This document shows, piece by piece, positions 8,002 to 16,216 of a DNA stretch of 30,628 bases. Position numbers and translations under genes: made by a program. Position 1 is the stretch's first letter. Each line of letters starts with the position of its first letter. The notes beneath the pieces were generated by a model, which did no database searches, was not told the origin of the DNA, and saw nothing but the letters and a program-made list of their open reading frames with translations. Origin of the DNA: a virus; the IMG/VR virus record IMGVR_UViG_3300024256_000557; one strand, written 5' to 3'.

Positions 8002-9002
8002 TTTGTGAAATATGTGGTGATACGATGAAAATGAGAATCAATGGCTCACATTTAAAATCTAAACACGGTATATCATTGTATGAATACAAATTTAAATTTC
8101 CAAAATCAAATTATGGTGAATATGTTGTTGGAAAGTTTGATTGTAAAGAATGTGGTGATATTGTAAGTTCCAATTCAGCAATTAAAGTTAACCATTTAAA
8201 ATTACATAATTTATCGGTTGACAATTATAATATAAAACACCATAAAATTGAATGTGAATGTGGGTGTGGTGAATTTACAGAATATAGTTATACGAGACAC
8301 ACATATAATAGATTTTTAGGTGGTCACTGTGAAAGTTGGAATAGTGGACTTACAAAAGATACTAATTCTTCTATAAAACGTCAATCTGAATATATGATGA
8401 AAAATAATCCTATGAATGACAATAAAGTAGTTGAACGAATGTTATCCCATCCAAATAGTAAATGGACAAGGAAGCGGATTCAGAGTAGAAGTGACAGTTA
8501 TAAAAAGACAATGCTCAAAAAGTATGGTGTATCTAACTACTTCAAAACGAGTGAATTCAGAGAAAAATCTGAGACTACTTGTTTGAAAAAATACGGAGTT
8601 AGAAATGCTCAACAAAATACAGAAGTTCATCAAAAAAATATTAAAAGTAGATTAAATTTTAAAGATTATAAAACACCATCTGGTAAGTTATTAAGAGTTC
8701 AAGGGTATGAACCACAGGCGTTAGATATTTTGTTTAAGTTGTACGATGAAAGTGATATTTTCACAGATAAAAAAGGCATGCCAAAATTTTGGTATAATAA
8801 TGGTAAAGATAGAAGGTATTTTCCAGATATTTTTATAAAATCTGAAAATAAGTTTATAGAAGTTAAATCAATGTGGACGTATAAAACACACGAAGATACA
8901 GTTGAATCAAAATGTAAATCGGTTACAGATAAATTATATAAAATTGATGTATGGATATTACATGAAAATGGTAAATTACTACAGGAATATAAATATGAAT
9001 AA
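7995..9002 (+). CDS. Homing-type endonuclease: C2H2/Cys Zn fingers, KKYGV repeats, C-terminal PD-(D/E)XK domain
   Basis: 'CEICG...HLKSKH', 'CECGCG', two 'KKYGV' repeats, 'RYFPDIFIKSENKFIEVKS'. The ORF is intact. Confidence 0.75.
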   Translation: MVVCEICGDTMKMRINGSHLKSKHGISLYEYKFKFPKSNYGEYVVGKFDCKECGDIVSSNSAIKVNHLKLHNLSVDNYNIKHHKIECECGCGEFTEYSYTRHTYNRFLGGHCESWNSGLTKDTNSSIKRQSEYMMKNNPMNDNKVVERMLSHPNSKWTRKRIQSRSDSYKKTMLKKYGVSNYFKTSEFREKSETTCLKKYGVRNAQQNTEVHQKNIKSRLNFKDYKTPSGKLLRVQGYEPQALDILFKLYDESDIFTDKKGMPKFWYNNGKDRRYFPDIFIKSENKFIEVKSMWTYKTHEDTVESKCKSVTDKLYKIDVWILHENGKLLQEYKYE

Positions 9003-9558
9003 AATCACGGAGGTATCTACAGATCATCTGAATAGTAAGAAGAAAAAAATCTTACTTTTATCAGATGATCTTTGACTCAGAATGAGTAGTGGGGTTGGTA
9101 CAGTTTCCAAAAATTTTGTACTGGGTACACTTGATAAATACGATTGGGTCCAGGCCGGTGGTGCAATAAAACATCCAGAAGACGGTAAAGTGGTGGATAT
9201 GAATGATTCAGTTAGAGAAGAAACTGGAATAGAAGATGCTTACCTCAAAATATATCCTATTAGTGGATATGGAAATCAAGAGTTATTACGACAACTAATG
9301 AAATTGGAAAACCCAGATGCCATCTTACATTTTACTGATCCGAGGTTCTGGGGCTGGTTATATCAAATGGAACATGAAATTAGACAACTCATCCCCATAT
9401 TTTATTATGCACTTTGGGACAATTTTCCATCACCATTATACAATGCAAGATACTACGAGAGTTCTGATTTGATAATGGGAATATCCAAACAATCTTGTGC
9501 AATGCATAAAGATGTTTTAAACAGAAGTGGTGTCGACACTGAATGGATTGGAAAATAA
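8995..9558 (+). CDS. GT-B (GT4-like) glycosyltransferase, N-terminal part, with in-frame TGA at 9073-9075 (CTT TGA CTC)
   Basis: MNKITEVSTDHLNSKKKKILLLSDDL*LRMSSGVGTVSK...; first Rossmann strand ILLLSDD lies before the stop; 'PDAILHFTDPRFW'. Confidence 0.7.
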
Positions 9559-9585
9559 GTTTTATTAGAAAAATAAGGAGTGAAA

Positions 9586-10497
9586 ATGAACGAGAAAAGT
9601 AAAGTTATGTTATCATACGTTCCACATGGTATTCCAGAAGATAAGTTTTTCCCAATAAATGAGTTAGATGTGGAAAAATGGAAGAAACTACAAGGATATA
9701 GAAAATCAGTGTTCCACGATAAAGATAAAGATTTCGTAGTATTTTGGAATAATCGGAATATCAGACGGAAAGTTCCAAGTGACGTGATTTTAGCATATAA
9801 AACATTCTGTGATACCTTACCCAAAGAGAAATCAGACAAATGTGTATTATTAATGCACACTCAACCAGTAGACCAGAATGGAACAGATTTACCAGTAGTA
9901 GTAAATGAAATTTGTCCAGATTACGATATTGTATTCTCACACCAAAAGATAGACGACGAACAACTCAATTTTCTATATAATATTGCAGATGTTACTATAA
10001 ACATGGCAAGTAATGAAGGTTTCGGATTGGGTACAGTCGAAAGTCTAATGGCAGGAACACCAATCACTACAAATACCACAGGTGGTCTACAGGATGCAAG
10101 TGGCTTCAAATATAAGGGTAAATTCCTAACAACTGAAGATTACGATTGGGTTCATTCACTACACGATGACAGAAAATGGAAAGACAATCCTGATCTTACT
10201 TACGGTGATTGGGCAAAACCAGTCTGGCCATCAAATAGAAGTTTACAAGGTTCAATTCCAACACCGTATATTTTCGACGACAGATGTAGATGGGATGATG
10301 TAGCAGATAGATTATTAGAATGGTATAATGAAGGACCAGAAAAAAGAAAAGAATGTGGACAGTTAGGTAGGGAGTTTTTACAATTAGAAGAAATTGGAAT
10401 GTCAGCTAAAAATATGTGTAAACGTATGGTACATGACATGGACACTGCACTTGAAAACTGGACACCAAGAAAACGATTTACGTTATATAAAGTTTGA
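9586..10497 (+). CDS. GT-B (GT4-like) glycosyltransferase, C-terminal part
   Basis: Same frame as the upstream part; AAGGAG SD then ATG 9586; 'YVPHGI', 'NRNIRRK', 'ASNEGFGLGTVESLMAGTP'. Confidence 0.85.
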   Translation: MNEKSKVMLSYVPHGIPEDKFFPINELDVEKWKKLQGYRKSVFHDKDKDFVVFWNNRNIRRKVPSDVILAYKTFCDTLPKEKSDKCVLLMHTQPVDQNGTDLPVVVNEICPDYDIVFSHQKIDDEQLNFLYNIADVTINMASNEGFGLGTVESLMAGTPITTNTTGGLQDASGFKYKGKFLTTEDYDWVHSLHDDRKWKDNPDLTYGDWAKPVWPSNRSLQGSIPTPYIFDDRCRWDDVADRLLEWYNEGPEKRKECGQLGREFLQLEEIGMSAKNMCKRMVHDMDTALENWTPRKRFTLYKV

Positions 10498-10539
10498 TAA
10501 AAATGAATTCAAAATAATAACAGAAGAGGATTTAAATAT

Positions 10540-11886
10540 ATGAGCTATAAACCTTTAGTTTTGATAACTGCTCCGGTGGGAACTCGAAGTGGATATGGTA
10601 GTCACTCCAGAGATATTGCAAGGTCATTGATTTCTATGAATAAATTTGATATTAAAATATGGCCTGTTAGGTGGGGGAGCACAAGTCAAAATGCATTAAG
10701 TGAAAATGACCCAAATGATATTCCAATCATAGAGAGATTATTAGATAATCCAAATATGGATAGACAACCAGATATTCACATCCATATAGTAGTCCCAAAT
10801 GAATTCCAACCAATCGGTAAATTTAATATTGGTATCACAGCAGGATTAGAAACCACCGTGTGTCCCCCAGAATGGATAGAGGGATTAAATAGAATGAACT
10901 TGAATATTGTTCCAGCGACATTTGTTAAGGAAAGTATTGAAAAGGTCGTATTTGATAAACATGATAATCAAACTAAACAGAAAATTGGTGAAGTTAGATG
11001 TCAAACACCAATAGAAGTTTTATTTGAAGGTGCAGACACAAACATATACAAAACAACAAAAGAATTTTCAAAGGATTTGGTAGACGAGTTCGATAGTATA
11101 AAAGAAGATTTTTGTTTTCTATTCGTGGGGCATTGGTTACAAGGTGGTTTAGGAAATGACAGAAAAGATCTTGGTATGCTGATTAAAACCTTCTTGGAAA
11201 CATTTAAGAATAAGAAGAACCAACCTGCACTAATTCTAAAAACAAGTGGAGCAACACCCTGTATATTAGATAGAGAAGATATACTCGCAAAGTTGAACCA
11301 AATAAGACAGACAGTAGAGGGTAACTTACCAAACATTTATGTATTGCACGGTGATTTAAGAGATGATGAGATGAATGATTTATACAATCACCCAAAGGTA
11401 AAGGTTCACGTTTCATTCACCCACGGTGAGGGATTTGGTCGTCCATTACTTGAGGCATCTTTAAGTGAGAAACCAGTAATTGCACCAAACTGGAGTGGTC
11501 ATACAGATTTCCTGGATAGTAAAAAGTCTGTATTATTACCAGGTAGTATGAATGATGTAAAGAAAGAATCATTACAGAATGGAATGCACATAAAAGGAAC
11601 TCAATGGTTTACTGTAAATTACAATTACGCATCTAAAATGTTAAAGGATGTTTTTGATAATTATAATAAATACACGGTAAAGGCTAAGAAACAGGGTATA
11701 ATGAATAAAACAAAGTTCTCACTTGATGCAATGACTGTAAAATTTGAGAAAATACTCGACGCATGTTTACCTAATTTTGAAGCTCCACCACAACCGGTGG
11801 AACTTAAACTCCCGACGTTAAAAAAAGTCGGTGAAGTTAAAGAGTTACCGAAAATAAAACTTCCAACATTAAAAAAGGTAAATTAA
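10540..11886 (+). CDS. GT-B (GT4-like) glycosyltransferase with repeated basic C-terminal tail
   Basis: 'RSGYGSHSRDIARSL', 'FTHGEGFGRPLLEA...KPVIAPNWSGHTDFL'. Confidence 0.85.
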   Translation: MSYKPLVLITAPVGTRSGYGSHSRDIARSLISMNKFDIKIWPVRWGSTSQNALSENDPNDIPIIERLLDNPNMDRQPDIHIHIVVPNEFQPIGKFNIGITAGLETTVCPPEWIEGLNRMNLNIVPATFVKESIEKVVFDKHDNQTKQKIGEVRCQTPIEVLFEGADTNIYKTTKEFSKDLVDEFDSIKEDFCFLFVGHWLQGGLGNDRKDLGMLIKTFLETFKNKKNQPALILKTSGATPCILDREDILAKLNQIRQTVEGNLPNIYVLHGDLRDDEMNDLYNHPKVKVHVSFTHGEGFGRPLLEASLSEKPVIAPNWSGHTDFLDSKKSVLLPGSMNDVKKESLQNGMHIKGTQWFTVNYNYASKMLKDVFDNYNKYTVKAKKQGIMNKTKFSLDAMTVKFEKILDACLPNFEAPPQPVELKLPTLKKVGEVKELPKIKLPTLKKVN

Positions 11887-11887
11887 A

Positions 11888-11905
11888 ATGGAAATAATTG
11901 ATTGA
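11888..11905 (+). other. Mini-ORF MEIID*, candidate displaced 5' end of the gene now starting at 12856
   Basis: ATGGAAAT is shared with the start at 12856 and begins one base after the upstream stop. Confidence 0.4.
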
Positions 11906-11920
11906 AAATTGAATTTCTTT

Positions 11921-11928
11921 ATATTTAT
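11921..11928 (+). promoter_or_regulatory. ATATTTAT putative phage promoter motif upstream of the HNH cassette
   Basis: Intergenic, context TTTCTTTATATTTAT. Confidence 0.45.
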
Positions 11929-11966
11929 TTATGTATAAGTATGAATAAAACTTGGAGATAAAGTAA

Positions 11967-12122
11967 ATGAAACGACAACTAGTAAATTATACAGTAGATA
12001 AATCAGTGGTGAAGCAATTTAATGAGATAGCAAAGACCCATTCTATAAATAAATCATTGTTAATAGAAAATTTAATATTGGAATGGATAGATAAAACACG
12101 AAAACTGGATAATAATAAATGA
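11967..12122 (+). CDS. Small CopG/RHH-like protein, 51 aa (MKRQLVNYTVDKSVVKQFNEIAKTHSINKSLLIENLILEWI...)
   Basis: Not in the ORF track. GGAG SD, RHH strand-helix-helix pattern, ATGA overlap with the HNH gene. Confidence 0.7.
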   Translation: MKRQLVNYTVDKSVVKQFNEIAKTHSINKSLLIENLILEWIDKTRKLDNNK

Positions 12123-12856
12123 ATACTATTAAATGTAAGGCTTGTGGTGTGGATACTACAAATATAAAATATTGTTCAAATGAATGTTCTTGGAAAAGTA
12201 AGATAAAATACAATGTTAAAATAAAAAATGGTAAGTTTGTTAGGGATTGCCCAAGTTGCAAGTGTGAAGTATTCCATACAGCAAAGCAATCTTGTATAAA
12301 TCAAATTAGACATAAAGTGCAATGTAAATCGTGTGCTAGGTTAAAATTTAATAAAAGTGGTGATGGTAAATTGTTATATAAACGCATTTCAATGATGATG
12401 ATTGGTAAAAATAATCCATTCTGGGAAAAATGTGGTAAAGAGAATAATATGTACAAACCTGGTGTATTAGATAGATACATTAAGAAATATGGATATGATA
12501 ATTACGATGATTTTTTAGCTTCAAAAACGGATAAGCAGATATACAAAAAGAATGTTCTACGTATAACAAATTCACAGTCGGTACACTTATTACCAAATAG
12601 TGGAAAACGAGGTAGGTTGGGATATCATTTAGATCACATAGTTCCGATAAATTATGGGTTTGTAAATAACATACCGGTAGAATATATTGGAGATATAAGT
12701 AATTTACAATTTATTACATATAGCGAAAACGTTAGAAAGCACATAAAGTTATTTTTTGAAAGCAAGGATGTCCACTGTGGCAGTGAATTAAAGGGAGATC
12801 ATGCTGTATTAAGTACAATGTTTTTTAAATATTTTTTAAATAGGGAGGTAGTTTAA
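12119..12856 (+). CDS. HNH homing-type endonuclease with Zn ribbons
   Basis: 'CKACG...YCSNEC', 'RDCPSC...CKSC', 'YHLDHIVP...SNLQFI...EN'. The ORF is intact. Confidence 0.75.
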   Translation: MNTIKCKACGVDTTNIKYCSNECSWKSKIKYNVKIKNGKFVRDCPSCKCEVFHTAKQSCINQIRHKVQCKSCARLKFNKSGDGKLLYKRISMMMIGKNNPFWEKCGKENNMYKPGVLDRYIKKYGYDNYDDFLASKTDKQIYKKNVLRITNSQSVHLLPNSGKRGRLGYHLDHIVPINYGFVNNIPVEYIGDISNLQFITYSENVRKHIKLFFESKDVHCGSELKGDHAVLSTMFFKYFLNREVV

Positions 12857-13347
12857 TGGAAATTGGAAAATATGTCGGTGAACGAGTTGTAGATACTTGC
12901 CCAGTGTGTTACGATAGAGATACTTGTTTTGAAGATATGTATGAAAATTATAGTTCATTTTTATGTTTTAATTGTGGGATGTTAAGCAATACATTTTACA
13001 CAGAGGACAACAAAGAACGAGCAAAACTATTAGAAACCACTTCAAAACTTGTTAAAGACTTAGAATTCTTTGATGAAGAAAGACAAATATACTGGTATCC
13101 ATCCATTATAAATATGGGACAAATGGGTATGATATTCCCAGAAGGTTCAATAAATAAATGGGTATGGAAGTATGCTACAGTAGTTGAAGTTCCTAAAAAC
13201 GAAAAAGAATCATATCCAGTACCAGGAAAAGATGGAGAATTTTATACTGAGAAACTTGATATGGAAGGTGCTATAGAATATGGACAATATGAGTTTCTCC
13301 AGGCTTGTAAAGATATGGGTTTTGCTAAGGATATAGGTAATGGCTAA
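12856..13347 (+). CDS. Hypothetical protein with N-terminal Zn ribbon
   Basis: 'CPVC...CFNCG'; GGGAGG SD. Confidence 0.65.
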   Translation: MEIGKYVGERVVDTCPVCYDRDTCFEDMYENYSSFLCFNCGMLSNTFYTEDNKERAKLLETTSKLVKDLEFFDEERQIYWYPSIINMGQMGMIFPEGSINKWVWKYATVVEVPKNEKESYPVPGKDGEFYTEKLDMEGAIEYGQYEFLQACKDMGFAKDIGNG

Positions 13348-13852
13348 GTATTACAGATTACATAGGGGTAGAATAATAGGTGATAGCAAGGGGAGAAAAA
13401 AATCTCAACCTCGTGATTTAAAACCTGGGTCAGTTTATGAAATTAGATATGATAGTAAAACTGCGTCCAAGGGTAGATACTTAGTCTTGATATTAAATCT
13501 ATGGCCAGTTGTTGGTGGAATGAAAGATCAAAAAGCACACTGTCTTGATTTATCAGAAGTTCCACCCGTTGAATTGAAAAAAATCATAAAGGAAAGTGAG
13601 GGTATATTTAATGAAACCGATGGGAAGTTTGAATATCAGGCATTAAAGTTTCCAAGTGGATATTCTGCACCAAAGGTATTTTATAAGAAAAATATAAAAA
13701 AGCTTGAAAAGACACTTCCAAACATATACAAAACTTTTAAGTTGGAAAAAATGAAATTGGTAGAATTATTAAATTATGATTTTGAATTAGCATTAAGTGG
13801 TAAAGAAAAGAAAAAACAAGATGATGAACAATTGGAGTTACTTAACGACTAA
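13340..13852 (+). CDS. Hypothetical basic protein (weak resemblance to T4 gp2 DNA end protector)
   Basis: 'GSVYEIRYDSK...YLVLIL...HCLDLSEVP'. The ORF is solid; the functional resemblance is only suggestive. Confidence 0.45.
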   Translation: MAKYYRLHRGRIIGDSKGRKKSQPRDLKPGSVYEIRYDSKTASKGRYLVLILNLWPVVGGMKDQKAHCLDLSEVPPVELKKIIKESEGIFNETDGKFEYQALKFPSGYSAPKVFYKKNIKKLEKTLPNIYKTFKLEKMKLVELLNYDFELALSGKEKKKQDDEQLELLND

Positions 13853-14511
13853 TGAAAATTAGTTATGGAATCACTGTTCATAATGAAGCAGATGAACTAA
13901 ACAAGTTATTAGAGATATTAATACACAAAACAGACCCAGAAGATGAGATTGTTATTTGTGATGATTATTCAGATGAGAAAACACAAGAAGTTATAACGAG
14001 TTGGATACAACAATACTCACATGAGAAAACCATTAAGGTTTATCAGAGAAAACTTGATGGTGATTTTTCGGCTCAAAAGAATTCGGTTATAGAAAACTCT
14101 ACGGGAGATTATATATTTCATATAGATGCGGATGAGCAGCCACACGAAACATTATTACAACAACTTAAACAAATAATAGAAATGAATGATGGGGTTGATT
14201 TAATATATGTACCAAGAGTGAATACAATCGATGGTATGGAAGTAGAACACATTCAGAAGTGGGGATGGAAAGTATCAGAAAAGGGTTGGGTAAATTGGCC
14301 AGACTACCAGGCCAGGGTATTTCGTAATGATGAAAAGGTACGATGGACTCGACCATTACACGAACTAATTACAGGTTGTAAAACATATGCACATTTGCCA
14401 CCACACGAAGAATTATCGTTATATCATCCTAAAACAATAGATAAACAAGAACAGCAAAATCTATTTTATAATCAAAATTTTAGTAAAGAATTAAACGTGA
14501 GGAAAGGATGA
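13852..14511 (+). CDS. GT2 (GT-A) glycosyltransferase
   Basis: 'ITVHNE', 'ICDDYS', 'DFSAQKN', 'IDADE', 'WPDYQARVF'. Confidence 0.85.
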   Translation: MKISYGITVHNEADELNKLLEILIHKTDPEDEIVICDDYSDEKTQEVITSWIQQYSHEKTIKVYQRKLDGDFSAQKNSVIENSTGDYIFHIDADEQPHETLLQQLKQIIEMNDGVDLIYVPRVNTIDGMEVEHIQKWGWKVSEKGWVNWPDYQARVFRNDEKVRWTRPLHELITGCKTYAHLPPHEELSLYHPKTIDKQEQQNLFYNQNFSKELNVRKG

Positions 14512-14915
14512 GAAAATATTTACCAACAATAGCTGAACTAATAGACAGACTTTCTATTATTCAACTAAAAGAAGTTTTTATAACAGAACACAAAGAAGAA
14601 TATGTCAAAGAAATTAAAGACATAGTTCACGATTTAAATAAATTGGGTTTAGAAAAAGAATATGATTATGCTAACTTAGGAGAACTTCTTAGGGCAGTTA
14701 TAGTTTTATCACAAATGAATCTACATATTTGGCATAATGAAACCAAATATAGAGCCGGTGAAGGTGATGGTAATCTTGGATTGACTCATGGATTAAATGG
14801 AATTAGAAATACTGCTAAGAATAAAATCCAAGACCAACTTGTAGATGGTGGAAGAAAAGATTATAAAGTAGATTGTATAGCAGCCGAGTTTGATGATTGG
14901 GATGTGAGTTGGTAG
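14508..14915 (+). CDS. Helical protein, DUF6165-like
   Basis: 'ELIDRLSIIQLK...NLHIWHNE...NGIRNTAKNKI'; located next to a GT9-like gene. Confidence 0.45.
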   Translation: MRKYLPTIAELIDRLSIIQLKEVFITEHKEEYVKEIKDIVHDLNKLGLEKEYDYANLGELLRAVIVLSQMNLHIWHNETKYRAGEGDGNLGLTHGLNGIRNTAKNKIQDQLVDGGRKDYKVDCIAAEFDDWDVSW

Positions 14916-15785
14916 ATGATATTCTGGAGAATCGTAGATAACCAACTTCACCCAGTTCACGAAACGGACAATCTTGGATTTGAGAAATCAGAAGGATTAC
15001 GGATACCTGATGAGTATTTAGATAAACAAGAGTTTATGGTTATGAGAACTTGTCATGGTATAGGTGATTGGGGAATTATATCAGCAATGCCTCGATTACT
15101 TAAAGAAAAATATCCTGGTTGTAAGGTATATGTTCCATCTAAAAAACTTCTAAAAAAGTTATATGGTCAAGACCACAATAATGTTCAAGTGGTATTTGAT
15201 AATAATTCATTTGTAGATGAGTTTGTTGATGTGATAAGTGGTGAAGTATTCCACGATCATTACAGAATATATGATAAAGGCAATACAGACATTCCGTTAT
15301 TGAAACAGATATTGAAATTCTGGCAATTCACTGATGAAGAAATGGAAGATTGCCAGCCAGAATTATATTGGTCAAATGAAGAAAAAAGTTTTGGTGGTGA
15401 AATAATAAAAGAATATGTTGGTGACAAAGAATTTGGAAGTTTATTAGTATCAGATAGATTTGGAACTCAAAGTGGAAAACACGATGAAAAGTCATATAAT
15501 AAAGATACAAAAGTAATGACAAAAGTATTAAAGGACAATCCATTTCAATATTTTTATTATTCATATAAATCACTTAAAGAAACACCGTTCAACTTTATTG
15601 ATAAAGTATTAAATATGAGACATATGGATCTAAGGATTCAGTTATATATTAAATCAAAGTCAAAGTTAAATGTAAGTAACCAATGTGGAACTAATCATTT
15701 AATGGTAAGGTATTCTACTTGTTATGAATCACAAAGACAATATCCAATAGCACATAATTTTGTACAAGGGGAAAATTATTTATAA
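14916..15785 (+). CDS. GT9 (heptosyltransferase)-like glycosyltransferase
   Basis: 'HGIGDWGIISAMPRLLKEKYP' matches the GT9 N-terminal GIGD motif. Confidence 0.6.
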   Translation: MIFWRIVDNQLHPVHETDNLGFEKSEGLRIPDEYLDKQEFMVMRTCHGIGDWGIISAMPRLLKEKYPGCKVYVPSKKLLKKLYGQDHNNVQVVFDNNSFVDEFVDVISGEVFHDHYRIYDKGNTDIPLLKQILKFWQFTDEEMEDCQPELYWSNEEKSFGGEIIKEYVGDKEFGSLLVSDRFGTQSGKHDEKSYNKDTKVMTKVLKDNPFQYFYYSYKSLKETPFNFIDKVLNMRHMDLRIQLYIKSKSKLNVSNQCGTNHLMVRYSTCYESQRQYPIAHNFVQGENYL

Positions 15786-16216
15786 TGAAGTTAATATATT
15801 CAAAGGTAGAATCAGATAAGTTGTTACATATCATACATAAGGTAGACGAGTTTTATACAATAGAAGAAGGACATAGACGAGATGTAGTAGGAGAAAGGGA
15901 ATTCATTCAGTTGTCAGCACTAAATATGAATGAAGGACATACTTTTAAACCACACCAACATATTTGGAAACCTGGTGAAGAATCGTGTATAGCACAAGAA
16001 TCTTGGGTAGTAATAAAAGGTAGTGTTGAATGTAATCTTATGGATACGGATGGAGTTACATTATCCAAACCAATATTAGAAGTTGGCGATTGTTCTGTAA
16101 CTTTGGGTGGTGGTCATACCTATTTAATATTAGAAGATGATACATTAGTTTACGAATATAAAACAGGTCCTTATAAAGGACAAAAGAATGATAAGGTTTT
16201 TTTAGATGAAACTTAA
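15785..16216 (+). CDS. WbuC-like cupin protein
   Basis: 'FKPHQH', 'QESWVVIKG', 'GGHTYLILEDDTLVYEYKTGPY'. Confidence 0.7.
   Translation: MKLIYSKVESDKLLHIIHKVDEFYTIEEGHRRDVVGEREFIQLSALNMNEGHTFKPHQHIWKPGEESCIAQESWVVIKGSVECNLMDTDGVTLSKPILEVGDCSVTLGGGHTYLILEDDTLVYEYKTGPYKGQKNDKVFLDET

Noticed and set aside
9072-9100. The six extra bases read TTGACT, a -35 hexamer
   Set aside because: No -10 element at 16-18 nt spacing (TTGGTA at 17 nt), so a new promoter is not supported.
2366-11950. ATGAATAAA recurring near cassette edges (2366, 7731, 8995, 11941) as a target-site duplication
   Set aside because: It also occurs inside genes (4615, 11701) and is expected by chance in such AT-rich DNA; positions relative to the boundaries are inconsistent.
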